Below are positions 25,936 through 39,453 of a DNA stretch of 64,000 bases, in pieces. The notes under the pieces are model-generated. The model worked only from the letters and a program-made list of their open reading frames with translations. It was not told where the DNA came from and ran no database searches. The position numbers were made by a program, and so were the translations under genes. This DNA comes from Squalus acanthias (lineage: Eukaryota). The stretch is taken from NCBI GenBank assembly GCA_030390025.1, contig CM059432.1, positions 44,642,001 to 44,706,000 of the forward strand, given 5' to 3'. Every line of letters begins with the position of its first letter. Position 1 is the stretch's first letter.

Positions 25936-26512
25936 ATGTGCTTTCAGTTGGGAATGCTACAATTCGCATCTGTGATGGTGAGGATTTAATCCTATCTAAT
26001 GATTCCTGCTGGAAAGTATGCTTGTCGACTTCAGGCAAGGACAGGATTTGGTTCAGCTGTTTTCCGCCACCTCTCTTTATTGGGCCTGGTAAAAATAGCT
26101 TCCTAAGACTTGCTGTCTGACCTAAAACCTGAATGGCCATGTTGCCGGAGCATTTTGGTGGGGGTGGTATATGGTGTCCATGAACTACCCTACATGAGTT
26201 GTCATCGAAAACAGGATAAAATTGGCGTGGCAAATTTTTGAAATCCTGAGAGGCCTAACACTGTGTTGGGTTACATGTCATTGTTGAACTGTATTTGTGC
26301 TGCTGATTGACTGACTAAGGAAGCTTTGGTTGAGTTAACACTTAAATCGGGTAACTGTCAGTGGTTTTGTAGTAGAGTCAAGTCTCCCAGCAAAACTGCT
26401 TTGATCTTGAATATTTCATAAGTGATACTGATGCTTATTTACTTACTGGATTTCTGACAAATTGATCCTTTATTTGATGTAGCTGTTGATTTATAGCTCC
26501 TGATATCCTTAA

Positions 26513-26737
<225 letters not shown>

Positions 26738-27344
26738 TAAAAATTCATCAACAAAGGTTAAATCTCATTGTTTATTTGACATAGTGCCGTATGTTGCCAG
26801 GAGGAGAGTAAAAATAATCGCTGTTCTACAGAAATGTCATCATGTATGTAGTCAGATTATTTACACGATTTACTATGGAACATTATTATTTTGGCCCAGT
26901 TATACAAGAATGCCAGTCTATAACTAGGGATGGTAATCACTGATCTGAGAGTACATTGAAATCTGGCCAAGAATGTGGGACTATCTTGTTCTGCTATTGT
27001 GTTCTACTACCCTTTTCACTTTTTATTCTAGATATTTTTGTCTTCTGTGTTTCAGATTACTAGGTGAGCACTAGCTTTCCATGTCCTCAAGATTGTTGTC
27101 ACTTTCCCTCATCTCGGCAAAATATTATAGCACACCCAGGATAATAGAAACATTTATTAAAAAAATTACGGATGCTTTTTCTAAATTAAAAGCGCAATAT
27201 AAATGCAAGTTGTTACTCCAGCTACAGGTTCTATCTATTGCTTCATGGGTCCTCTGTCTTTGAAAGGCAACTGAGTTTCACAAACACTAATGGAAATTTA
27301 GGCTTTAAATGCCAAACAAATGTATTAGGCAGTAAATGAACTTG

Positions 27345-28800
27345 CATAGAACCATATAGAGGGTTAGAGCACGGAACGAGTCCCTTTGGCTCATTGTCTC
27401 TGTGCTGATTGTTCTAAACTTATCCCATATCTTTCTGTCTCCCCATCTTCCTCTGCTTCAAATTTTATTCAAGAAAAATTCCTTTAAAAGTTGCAATGGG
27501 CTTGGCCTTGACTGCTCCTGGTGGCAAAACATTCCATTCTCCAAAAGCCCTCTGAAGTAATTTATCCAAAGCTCTTGTTATTGATCATTTTAATTTGATG
27601 ACTCACATCACTAACTCCCAATCAGACTTTCCCTATTCTCCCTATTAAAACCCTTTTATATTTTTAGAATCAGTTATTAAATCTTTTTGGTTTTCTCTGC
27701 TCCAGTCCCTGTATCTTGCCTGACAATCTTAATTTCCCATCTGTGGTATAATTTTGGTGTACTATGCTGTTCACTCTGTATGGCTTTAATGTCCTTTTCA
27801 TAATGGGGCACCCAACGCTGTGCACAACTGTGGCCTAAATATTCCCTCGTACAAATTTATCATTGACTTTTTTGGTCTTGTAATTATGTCCCTATTTATA
27901 AAATTCTAAACTTTCAGAATTTTAAACCCTAGGTTTTTTGGTTCATCCCAATCAACGTCAACAACAATTTACATTTATATAATGCCCTTAACATAATAAA
28001 ACGTCCCAAGGCGCTTCACAGGAGCGATATCAGACAAAATTTAACACAGAGCCACATGAGATATTTGGGCAGGTAACCAAAAGCTTGATCAAAGAGGTAG
28101 GTTTTAAGGAACATCTTAAAGGAGGAGAGTGAGGTGGGGAGGCAAACGTGGGAGGGAATTCCAGAGCTTAATGCCTAGACAGCTGAAGGCATAGCCGTCT
28201 TCAATATCTTTCCACCGAATGCATACTCCCATTCTATGTTTTTCTTCATTTATTATTAAATTGCATCTGCCACCTGCATACTCTTTCAGCTAGCTATGTG
28301 TGTTCTTTGAAAGGCGACAGTCTTCATTGCTGTTTGCCAGACTCCCTATTGTCTACAAATTGCAATATTGTGCTATCTATACTGAGAACAAAAGTGGATA
28401 CACCACTTCCAATCTTTCTCTAATCCAAGTAACCCCTAGTAACACTAGCCCTTTGATCCCTGTCCATCAACCAACTTTTTATCCATACTGCTACATTTCC
28501 TCTTCTACCATATGTCTGATTTTTTTTTTTCTGAAGCCTCTTATGAGACACCTCAAGTGTCTTCTGAAAATCCAAAAAACCACGTCTACTTAATTCCTTT
28601 TGTTTATCCAACTGATAAATTATTACATTTTTTCTGAATGAAGAAATAATCAAACTTGTTTTTAACATTCAAATTGGCTGCCCTTGATTAATCCTGTGCA
28701 TTTCTAAATACTCTCTCAATTGTATCTTTAATTGTGAATTCTAAGAGTTTACCCATATTTGATATTTGACTAACTGGTTCAATGCTCTCCAGGGCAGTCC
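27345..28800 (-). mobile_element. Old degenerate CR1 interrupted by an L2 3' fragment (~27958-28197)
   Basis: ORF 28420-28668 LDFQKTLEVSHKRL...AVWIKSWLMDRDQR. The L2 tail is similar to 6181-6400. Confidence 0.65.
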
Positions 28801-28811
28801 TTCCATCTTTT

Positions 28812-29110
28812 CTGCCTGTATCCGCATGAAGTCCCATTCGCCCATCACCCTGTCCTTGCTGACCTACAGTGGATCATTTTCCGCACCTTCCCTCCGGCAC
28901 CAACTCAAATTAAAAATTATCATCCTTGTGTTTAAATCCCCTTGATGAACTCGCTCCTCCAGCCCAAAACCCTCCAAGGATTATAGCCTCTTGTGCATTC
29001 CATCCTCCCCACTGCCTCACCATTGGTGGCTGTGCCTTCAGCCATCCAGGATACAATGCCTTCGAATTCCCTCCGTAAACCCCTCCACCTATATATAAGT
29101 GCAAGTTGTT
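28812..29110 (+). mobile_element. Decayed L2 3' fragment
   Basis: Similar to 9870-10352 (aagtcccattcgcccatcacc...cattggtggctgtgccttcagc). Confidence 0.6.
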
Positions 29111-29216
29111 GGTTGTTGTGATTGAAACTGCAAAATTACAGGATTCTTAAAATAGTTTGATCATCTAGCTGGATGTGCTTATGTCGATCTGATTGCATGA
29201 GAGTTAAAAATCTTGA

Positions 29217-29492
<276 letters not shown>

Positions 29493-32400
29493 ATTGAAAT
29501 GATTATATAGATTCAGGGAATTGTAAACCTGTCAGCCAGTACTAATTTAGTTCAGTAGAGGCCAATGACTAATTGTTGTGCATCAGTAGGGATGGCTTCA
29601 CACAACTGCCTTAATAGTGAACAAGTTAATAGTATGGTACTGGCAGCTAAAATAGAAAGGTAAATCACAAGCCATACAGTGATGGAGTTTAGTTGCTGGT
29701 GAAAAAGAAAGAAAGGTGGGAGGTCAGCTTAAAACAAAACAACTAACATTAGTAATATATTGATAACCGAATCCCACATGCAGTGCGGTTGAACCATGTC
29801 TATCTGTGTTGTGGAAGAATGCATCCTGTAACATTTGCTTTTTTTCCACTGTAAGGGTAAGGATGTTTAGCTCTCCTCTCCTTGGCTATTGACCTTGTAA
29901 ATTGGTTACCCAATCAAAATTGTGCAGAGTGATGTATATTTGGTAGCAACAGTTTTTTGCAATCTAGTACGTGTGTCAATATGGTGTATCTCGTAAGACA
30001 GTTTCTATATGCGTGAGGTAACTGCCTAATGTCAAATGAGCAGGCAAGAGAAAAGAACCAAAATACCTCCCACCTTTTGGAGAGTAAAATGGAGTGTTAC
30101 AAGTTGCACAGTTTAGAACAATGGAATTTCATGTCACCGAACAATCAAAGTACCTTTTTAAAAATCTGGTTAAAGTCCCCTTTAAAGCATTAAATAATAC
30201 AGCGGTTTTGCTGATCAATCAAATAAGCACTAAGTTTATAATTATGTCTCTTGCATTGTAATCTTCTAATTAAGTGAGTAGGAGTAGCGCAGGTGACCCT
30301 GTGTTACTTGTAATATGCACTTTAGTTACTTGGTCTTAATCTGAATGATACCATTTGTAGAATAAAGGATGACAGCAGAGCGTGTCTCAAATATAATAAG
30401 TTTTCACTGTCATTCAACTGTTGAGGCTATCTGCTATAATTGAAATAATAGGTAAAATGTAGGATTAAAAAGAACATTTCCTAAATAAATTATTTTGCAC
30501 ACTAGAGTTAGCATGTTAAAACTAGAGACATGTATGTCTTAATAGTGATCAATTTGAACCAGATGACATTGGGAACATTAAAATGCACGTGAACATGCTA
30601 TTGCTCATCGGAGCATCAAAGTAAAAAATATATCACAATGTGATCTATATTTTTCTCAATCTATTCCAATCTGAGTGGGTTCAAGGTGTCCTATGCACTT
30701 ACAAAAACCAAGGGGGGTGGTGTGTGTGTTTTTAAAACTATGTTGTCTGAAACTATAATGAACCAACTGATGTATATGTCGACATCCCGAGGCTCTTCAT
30801 TACTGTGTGAAGATTATATCAGTTAGGGCTGCTCGATTTGTTAGAGTACTGGTGTATTAATGTCTAGACATTACAATTGGAAGCATAGTTTGCAATGAAT
30901 GAGGTCTGTAGTCTTTTAACAATCTCAGTGCAATGTCATTTCTGCAAAGACATTGAGGTAATTTTACCCTGCATTTGAAACCCTTGTACTTTAAAATAAC
31001 ACTAAAATATATTCTTTTTTTTAAAAAAAACCCACAACTAAGCAATTAAATGCAGTAAATTATAAATAGAAAATGCTGGAAGTGCATAGCCAGTCAATTA
31101 CTTGAGTGACCAATCCATCTTAATCAAATGGGATTTTCTTTTCAGGCAGATGCATATACCAGAAATGTTGCATGTCTCAAATTGGTTTTGTTAAATCAGT
31201 AGGCAGGAGCATACAATGTTTCATGTTGCTTTAACATCCCACATGTAAGATAAAATAATATTTTAGTGCAGTATATATTGAGCATCACTTCCAGTTAGTG
31301 CACTATTGCGTAATAAACATGCTGTATAAAGATCAGTTAATACCAAATGTGCTGTTCTATGGCACAACGATGTGCTGCATGTTTTCTGAGCCATTACTTT
31401 GAATTATCAATGTAATGAATGTTTGTTTTCTTTTTTGCTTGTTGCTTTGTGTCAGGCCTTATAATCTGATAACCACTTTACATACAGTTCATGAGGTAAT
31501 TTTTATATGATGCAACATATTTACACGGTACAAACACCGTTTGTACTCCTTTTGTCTTTGTAACTTGGATGCACAATAGCTGCTGGAGTTGACAGACATG
31601 CACTCCTAGCCCATACCAAATGCACATGAATTGCTTCCTTTTATTTGATGTGTACAATATGTTTTGAATTATGTGGCCTATGTCCCATTCGGTCTTCTTC
31701 CAAATTATTTCAGGGTCATGGATATAAATTGAACAGCAGTAGTTAAGGGCTGAAGTAATGTAATGTGGTGAAAAATATATTTAGGAATAATTGGGATCCA
31801 GTTAAAATAGACATACTGAGCTTATTACAGTTTTTGTTTTGAAAACAGTTGTGATGGGGAAGGGAGTGAAGCACATTTGTTTACGCTTAAACTTTGTAAA
31901 TTGTGGGAGTAGACTTGTAGCTGATTATGTAAATTTGCAAGGCATATACTATACCTTTTTTCCTCAAACTTCAGTTAAATTTAAAACTTAATGTATTTTA
32001 CATCTGAACTGGGTCACCGTCTTGATGGGGGTTAAGCTGTTCAATGCAAAAGGTCCCTTCTTTAAAGAATAAGGTTTAGCTGTAATGAATGAGAAAAGCA
32101 CACTGCAAAGAATTTTACTTTTTAACTTGTTTCCTGTTTGTCCATGAATATCAGTGAGGTAAAGTACAATTGATTTTACAAACTGAAAACGGGTATGGAA
32201 CAGATGCAACTTTAACTTAGGACTTGGGACTTTGATGACTTAATGCTTTTTTTATTGTAAATAATAAAAGTAAATTACAGCTGTGACTTCCCTTCTATAA
32301 GCAAAAGTTGAACTGATGTGAAAGGTTAACCAACATATTCTGCTTTTTGTTTGCAAATACACAATGGTGAATATTTTGTTTAGTGTGTGTAAATTGAATT

Positions 32401-33025
32401 GCCCTTTATATTTCTTGGGAAAGTATTAAGATTTTATAAAATTTGAATTCTGCTTGAATTGTCAATGATACTTTCATATAATGGCACATGGCAATAATAT
32501 GTATGTATATCAATGGTATGTAATATAGACTGTATGTAGAATTTTTCAGTAATCAGCTGCAGAAGGTTCCTTGATAAATCTGCAGAAATATCATTATAGT
32601 TGTTAAATGTTTTGTGTGAAAATCAAGAATGTGTTGTGCATGAACTGTTGGTGTCCATACTGACAGCCACTGCCTCTATGGAAACTCCAGAATAAAAGGC
32701 CTGTATGAAATTGAAGCTGTAGTATATATTCTAATAAGTGATTCCAATGCTATAATCTAATTTTGGGTTCAGATGACTGTTAGAAACTGCCTTTACTGTC
32801 GTGGTTTGTCATTTGACTGGCTCAATTAGATCACTGTCTTAAAGTTGCTCCTGGTGTCCGGTATTTTGTATAGAAACAACCAATGGTTTCTGTACACTAA
32901 AATTGATACCATTGTTTACTATAAAGTGCATTTCTTAATTGTATTGATGTCAGATGAAAGACTGAATATTTAATTTAATGTACAATAAGCTGTTTTAATA
33001 AATTGACTTCTTAAAGTGATCTGAG
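29493..33025 (+). other. TMEM64: Probable long 3' UTR of TMEM64
   Basis: AT-rich, essentially TE-free stretch after the stop codon. AATAAA at 30361, 32691 and 32997; TE density resumes after ~33200. The end point is inferred. Confidence 0.6.
32997..33002 (+). promoter_or_regulatory. Candidate distal polyadenylation signal
   Basis: AATAAA at the end of the TE-free region, preceded by TGTA elements and followed by U-rich sequence. Confidence 0.5.
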
Positions 33026-33741
33026 AGTTCTTCATTTGCTTCTGCATCATTTATCAGTATAGCTGTTGGTCATGTTAGTCCTTTCAGTTTAGGAAAATGT
33101 TTTAGAATTTTTAAACAGATTAAAGAATTATATAACATACTAATTAGAGCTACCTTTTTTTAACCTGAACCATGTTTAATTTTATATTTCAGATTTATTG
33201 GATCTTATCGAGAAGAAGCTAACACATAATGGAGGCCCTGTGCTGCATCAGCTGATTTCAGTTGGATAGCAGTAAAGGCACAAATTAACTCCTCGCTATG
33301 ATTGAGGGGGGGGGGGGGGTGGAGGTTAGGCATGGTTCTGTTCTCGATTGCTATCTAGTGATCCCTGCAAATGGTGCACATGTGGACATTGGGTAAGAGC
33401 TTGCTGGTAATATCACCCTGATTGAATAGTCTGCTGACCTCGTTTAGGCTAAGGTATTAATAGGAAATTGGCAAAATGCTGGAAAGTAAACTGAAACCTA
33501 TGAACTGGGAATCAGCAACTTTTGAGAGGAGTGGAGAAATTTGGTGGGAAAATAATACTTTTCATGTCTCAAAGATTGAAATCAGTAGGAAGTTTTTTTT
33601 AAGTTTACTATGTAGCAAGGAACATTACAAACAGGGCAAAATAACTACCTGCTGATTTTAATTTTCTAGGGATATGTAAGGTATGATTCCCTGATCAGAG
33701 AATTTGAATTTATATAACAATTTTCATGTCCTCAGGATGTC

Positions 33742-33808
33742 AGATGGTGTAAATCTCGCATAGGGCCATATCCGCAGCAGGTCTCCAAGGTGAATAGCCT
33801 CTGGCATG
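33742..33808 (+). pseudogene. 28S rRNA fragment (~65 bp) inserted in a decayed SINE
   Basis: ggtgtaaatctcgc...ccatatccgcagcaggtctccaaggtgaatagcctctggcatg matches the conserved LSU rRNA segment CCATATCCGCAGCAGGTCTCCAAGGTGAACAGCCTCTGGCATG with one mismatch, as I recall that sequence. Confidence 0.88.
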
Positions 33809-33914
33809 GGAAAATAATACCTTTTTGTGTCAATGAAAAATAGCCAATTAATTATTTTGAAAGTGTAGTTTTGCAGATAAACATGCCAACCAGTTTTCTC
33901 ACAGCAAGGTCAAC

Positions 33915-34068
33915 GACAACAACTTGTATTTATATAGCGCCTTTAACGTAGTAAAACATCCCAAGGTGCTTCACAGGAGTATTAAAAGACAACAAATTTG
34001 ACACCGAATCACATAAGGAGAAATTAGGGCAGGTGACCAAAAGCTTGGTCAAAGAAGTAGGTTTTGAT
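33915..34068 (-). mobile_element. L2 3' tail fragment
   Basis: Close similarity to 6181-6320 and 27958-28110. Confidence 0.75.
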
Positions 34069-34102
34069 GAGGTAAATTGCGAAAATCTATTTCCACTAGT
34101 TG

Positions 34103-34518
34103 TTCTTAGGCAGTCCCTCGGAACCGAGGCTGACTTGCTTCGACACTAAAAATGAGTTCTCAGGTGACTGATGAGTCCAATGCGGGACCTACAGTGTCTC
34201 TCAGGTGGGGCAGACGGTGGTTGAAGGGGCGGGTCGGTGTGGTGCTTGGGTTGACTTGCGCTTGGCTTCCGCTTGCTCCCGGCAAAGAGACTCTGTTCGG
34301 CGCCTTCCTGGATGCTTCTCCTCCACTTTGTGCGGTCTTGGGCCAGGGATTCCCAGGTGTCGGTGGGAATGTTGCACTTTTTCAAGGAGGCTTTGAGGGT
34401 GTCCTTGAAGCGTTTCCTCTGCCCACCTGGGGCTCTTGCCGCGTCGGAGCTCCGAGTAGAGCGCTTGTTTTGGGAGTCTCGTATTGGGCATGCGGACGAT
34501 GTGGCCCATCCATTGGAG
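34103..34518 (-). mobile_element. RTE-clade LINE 3' fragment inserted in a CR1 remnant
   Basis: GHIVRMPNTRLPKQALYSEL...GGQRKRFKDTLKASLKKCNI...AQDRTKWR...SRIGLISHLRTH. Flanked by CTAGTTG / CTGGTTG (probable TSD). Confidence 0.88.
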
Positions 34519-35089
34519 CTGGTTGGTGAGTCAGCTACTACAAGGCATAAATTTAAAATCCCAAACAAAGGGATTTTTTTTATTGCAATTGATGTAAGGA
34601 CATGGAACGCCCTACCAGAAGCAATGGTGGAAGCAGAATCTTAAATAACTTTTAAAAAGAGAAGTTGATACATATTTGAAAGGCCTTGTTCTGTGTTGTA
34701 AAATTCTACCACCAGGAACCAATTAACTGGTTATTTATCTAATTTTCTGTTTGTGGGACCTAGCTGTGCTCAAATGGTCTGTTGTGTTTGCCTGCATAAC
34801 AGTATACTTCAGCTCTATTTAAAAGCAAATTGTTTCTATAGGTACCATTAAATGAATTCTTGTAGAGTATCCAGGAGCCAAAGGAAATTACTGTTTCCAT
34901 GTTTGTACATTTAAATGTAACCAACATAAGTAATGCATCAAACCGGTGGATTAATGCTGCAGTTAAAAAAAAAACTTATTGCTTTCATATCTGAGCAGAA
35001 TTCATATAAAAATTCAAGATCGAGATCGATAAATTCTTGTTGGATAAGAGTATCGGTGTATGAAGAAAAGGCAGGTAATTGGAGTTGAA

Positions 35090-36835
35090 GTACAGATCAT
35101 ATATGATCTAACTGAAGGGCAGAACAGGTTTGAGGAAAGAAACAGGGTCAACTTTCAACACAATCTGTCACCTGATGACTATGAACCCATTTCCAAATAT
35201 CTCTTACCATTTCATGTTTTGAAACTATATAATTTCACATATATAATGAATGGTCACCTTCCAGAATATTTGGATATAAATTTATTGTTTCAAATGAGAC
35301 TATATAGGGGTCCCTAGTGTGCATTAACATGTATTATGTAACTCCTGGCATTGGCTCCTCCCAGTCCACCCTCTTTTGTGCATCGAGATGGCCTATTCCA
35401 ATGTTCCTATAAACATCTGCAGTCAGAAATAACTGCCATTATTGCTTTTTCTGTAGATGAATTGTGGTAAAGGCTCTACTTTGAATGTTTTTTTGCTATG
35501 AGAACTAAAATGCTTATATTTGAATTGTTGGGTATAAAGGAGGTGAAATTACACGTGTGGATAACTTGAATGAAAATTATCATTAGGAGAAATTGCATTC
35601 CCAGAGGTAGTTTAGACAGTTTTTCAGCATCAACATTTATTGCTGAATCATTAATATTGCACATTCTGATGCATGATATTTAAATTTAAGATATTAAGAT
35701 GTCAGATCATTGGGCTATAGCAAAAAGCACTGGAGCTCAGCTGCCTCTTGTAAAGTTGGAAGAGGCGATTCATTTCTACAAGTCACTGTGGGGTCACACT
35801 AAGCTATTTGGAACCTGACATCTATTTCCAAAAGGAGTATAAAGGACAGATTCACAAAAGAGGGTGGACCTGGAGGAGCCAATGCCAGGAGTTACATAAT
35901 ACATGTTAATGCACACTAGGGACCCCTATATAGTCTCACTTGAAACAATAAATTTATATCCAAATATTCTGGAAGGTGACCATTCATTATATATGTGAAA
36001 TTATACAGTTTCAAAACATGAAATGGTAAGAGATATTTGGAAATGGGTTCATAGTCATCAGGTGACAGATTGTGTTGAAAGTTGACTGTTTCTTTTCTCA
36101 TATTAACATACCTGGCACTCAACATCCAAAAACATTGTGAAATGTAATTGAAATCTGGTTCTGGTCTGCAAACATGTGTAAATGCTTAGCTGTTAACCAG
36201 CCTGCTAATAAGTACTCTAGTATGAGGACATAAGCAACTTATTAAGACAGTTCAAGAGAGAATTTTGAAGCATTGCCTTAGTCACTGGCTGTCTTCCTAA
36301 TTGCTGAAGGAAGTACAAATGTATTTGCAGTTACATCACAAGGCATGTATGACTATCAATTCATTGCCCCCACTTTTCCTATCAGCACATTGGATTAAAA
36401 ATAATAGCCTGCATTGCAAATGATACAAAGTGAGGCATAAGTGATTGATTTTTCTACCTCAATTATTCAATAGATAGGAATAATTCAGAAAGGTTGGAAA
36501 ATTAAGAAATTTGGGCTTGTTCTGTTTGGGGAAAAGGTGAGATCTAAAAATCACTTAGCTAAAGTTTTCTAGATTACGAAGGCGATCAACAAAGATCATC
36601 CAAGCAAATTGTTATCCACACGGATAATTTCACCACCTTTATACCCAACAATTCAAATAAAGGCATTTTAGTTCTCAGCAAAAAGAAAAATCAGTGTTTC
36701 CACAATTCATCTACAGAAAAAGAAGCAATAATGGCAGTTATTTCTGACTGGAGATAAATGTTTATAGGAACAGGAGTAGGCCATCTAGTCCCTCAAACCT
36801 GTTTTGCCCTTCAGTTAGATTATATGAGCTGTATC
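35090..36835. repeat. Interlocked inverted duplications (B: 35131-35384 vs 35849-36100; A: 35090-35135 + 35386-35566 vs 36610-36835)
   Basis: Near-identical peptides in ORFs 35060-35317(+) and 35916-36125(-). Direct reverse-complement comparison. Confidence 0.93.
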
Positions 36836-37854
36836 TCAAATTGCCATGAAGGAGGAGATGAGAAAAAAAATCAGGAAGTTAGGAATAAAGAAAATTTGGG
36901 CATACCTTTTTGACATAAAGGCTCATAGAGTTGGGGAATAAGCCAGCTAAGAAGTCTTGGAGAAAACCATATAAATAAGTAGGTTAATGTGTGTTCCTGG
37001 TAAGAAGAGATTGAGGGATATGATTAGCAGCTGGGTAAGTGGAATTCTCCTATCAAAAAGAGTTGGGTAAATTAGCCTATTCTTAAATGTTTTCAAATTA
37101 ACTTTTGTAAATCTGCATCATACGTTCTCTTACCTGAGTACAGTTGGGCAGGCAACACGCAGCTTTTGTGCTTGAGTATTTCACACCAGAAAATTGCATC
37201 AAAATTAAACTGGGTGCACCTATAATACAGCCATGTCAACCTTCATGTTTTAGGCCTCAACTGAGTGCAGTGTGTGTCCTGGGGGTTTTCAGCCAACAAA
37301 AAACACATTTTTGGATGCAGCTTCACATTCAGAATTGATCACAGGAACAGGGAGGAGAGGGAAGCATTTAAAAAAAAAAAAGAAAATGTCATGGAATAAA
37401 GTATATTTGACATATAATCTAAAATAAAAATAAGTGAGCAAATGGGGAAAAGAGAATGTCAGGAAAGTGAAGAAAAGCTGAGCAGGTGTATAATATTTAA
37501 AGGCTGCTTTTGCTCCTCAAGAAACATTCACATATTTACACTTTCCAGCAGATGTTACCAATTAACTCAAGTCATGCTGCACTGCTCCCCTCTGGAGGTG
37601 CCCTAGAGTGCCAAACAAGGACGTCTCCTTACATACACCTCATGCAGCAGAACCTCCATCTGTAGATGTGGGGGTTCATCTGCTGAAACATTCTGTAACT
37701 TCCCCAGATATTAGCGCTGTTGCCTCAGAAGTTTATATTGAACTTCCCTTTCAATGGCTGTGCAGCACTTCAGATCCCACTCTGTGATCTAGAGGCAGCT
37801 GGTTGCATAGGCAGGAGCTCAAAATGAATACTTAATTGGGGCCCAATGTTGTTG

Positions 37855-38160
37855 AACATACGAATTAGGAGCAGGAGTAGGCCACTCGGCCCTCGAGCTT
37901 GCTCCGCCACTCAAAAAGATCATAGCTGATCTGATTACTCCACATTCCCGCCTATCCCCGATAACCTTTCACCCTTGCTTATCAAGAATCTATCTACCTC
38001 TGCCTTAAAAATGTTCAAAGACTCTGCTTCTACCACCCTCTGAGGAAGAGTTCCAAAGACTCACGACCCTCTGAGAAAAAATGTCTCCTCACCTCTGTCT
38101 TAAATGGGCGACCCCTTGTTTTTAAACAGTGACCCCTAGTTCTAGATTCTCCCACAAGAG
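37855..38160 (-). mobile_element. CR1 3' end fragment
   Basis: gaacatacgaattaggagcaggagtaggcc...gacccctagttctagattctccc, homologous to 46875-47200. Confidence 0.85.
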
Positions 38161-39453
38161 AAAATGTTGAATGAAGTCAATGGAAATAAAAATCGGGTGA
38201 GATGTAAAACAGGCTGCCGATTCGCTATCACTCGTTTTACAGAATCTCTGTCAAAATCTACCCCATGGTGTAGTGTAGTGTTATTCTGCCAGCTTCCAAT
38301 ATCAAAGATGATCATGAAAAAACTGATAAAACCAATAATCTGAAACAGAATGAAGAGTGTTCTCTGTTGAATTCCTGGGCACACTACAAATATATCTAAA
38401 CATGAAGGTAATAAAAAGTGCTCTCTGGGACTGAAGGTATAATTACTAGTCCTAGCCCTTTTCGGGCCACCCCGGATCAGGCGTATTCCCCAGATGTTCA
38501 CCTTCAACTAAAGTTAGAGACAGCCGAATCCTATAAGAGGCTTAATTGGGTCTAAAGGTTCAGACTATCTCTCCCTAAAGGAACGACTTGAAGATGTTAC
38601 CGTCCTCCAGATAGCACTTTTAATAAGTTAACTAGACTGTAACCTTCTGGATATTATGAGGGTCCGGAAAACTCCCCCAGAATTCTGCAACTCCTCACCA
38701 AAGAGTGTACAGAGATTGAGTTCGCGAGTTTGATACAGAAGTACTATATGAGACAATTCTAAAAATATATAGATTTATTAAAGAACTGACATGTAGTTAA
38801 CAGTTGGTGTTTCAGTCGCAATATTAACAGTTCAAAATACAAATAGCTTACATTTCTTATTCTCAGAGATCCTTATTCTCAAATCTTAACTTCGTTACAT
38901 TTTTACATTTCTACTTATTCTTAATCCAGAATATCCACTAAAATCAAATACCTTTGATTACCCGAGACTCAGAGTTGTAAACTTAGAGCTTGCCTCTGAA
39001 GTTGAGAATCGCTTGCCCCTTCCAGCGACTTCTGTTTTCCCATTTGAAAATCCTATCTTTTATACTCTTTCTCAGTGGTATATCCTTTGAAGTTTTCTGC
39101 TGATGTAAGCTAATTATCTCTAGTCATATTTCTGTTGACTTCTTTCTATTCTTACTGTCAGTTCAGCTGTTAGCTTGCAGACTTGTGTCTGCTGTGTAGG
39201 TGTTCGAAACTTATCATAAAAAACGGTTATAACTGATGTATCTATTTGATGCCATTCTTACGAAGGTCTTCTATTCAATTCTTAAATCACCTCAGCTGGT
39301 TATAAGCAGACGTCGTGTCTCCTAACTGTTCCAAGTTCAATACAAACACAATGTGATTGCTTGGTGCATCTATTGATGCCATATTTACAAAGTCTTCTGT
39401 TTGTATCTTTTACAACATGTAAATTAAAAACACTTCAACTAGGGTGATCTATA

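Noticed and set aside
31456..31495. 40-nt exon-like segment (polypyrimidine-CAG...GAG|GTAAT)
   Set aside because: It lies inside the probable 3' UTR, the peptide is not recognisable, and there is no evidence of use without RNA data.
35060..36125. Two near-identical ORFs (35060-35317 + and 35916-36125 -) suggesting a duplicated gene
   Set aside because: They are a by-product of the inverted duplication: different starts, no recognisable domain and no splice context.
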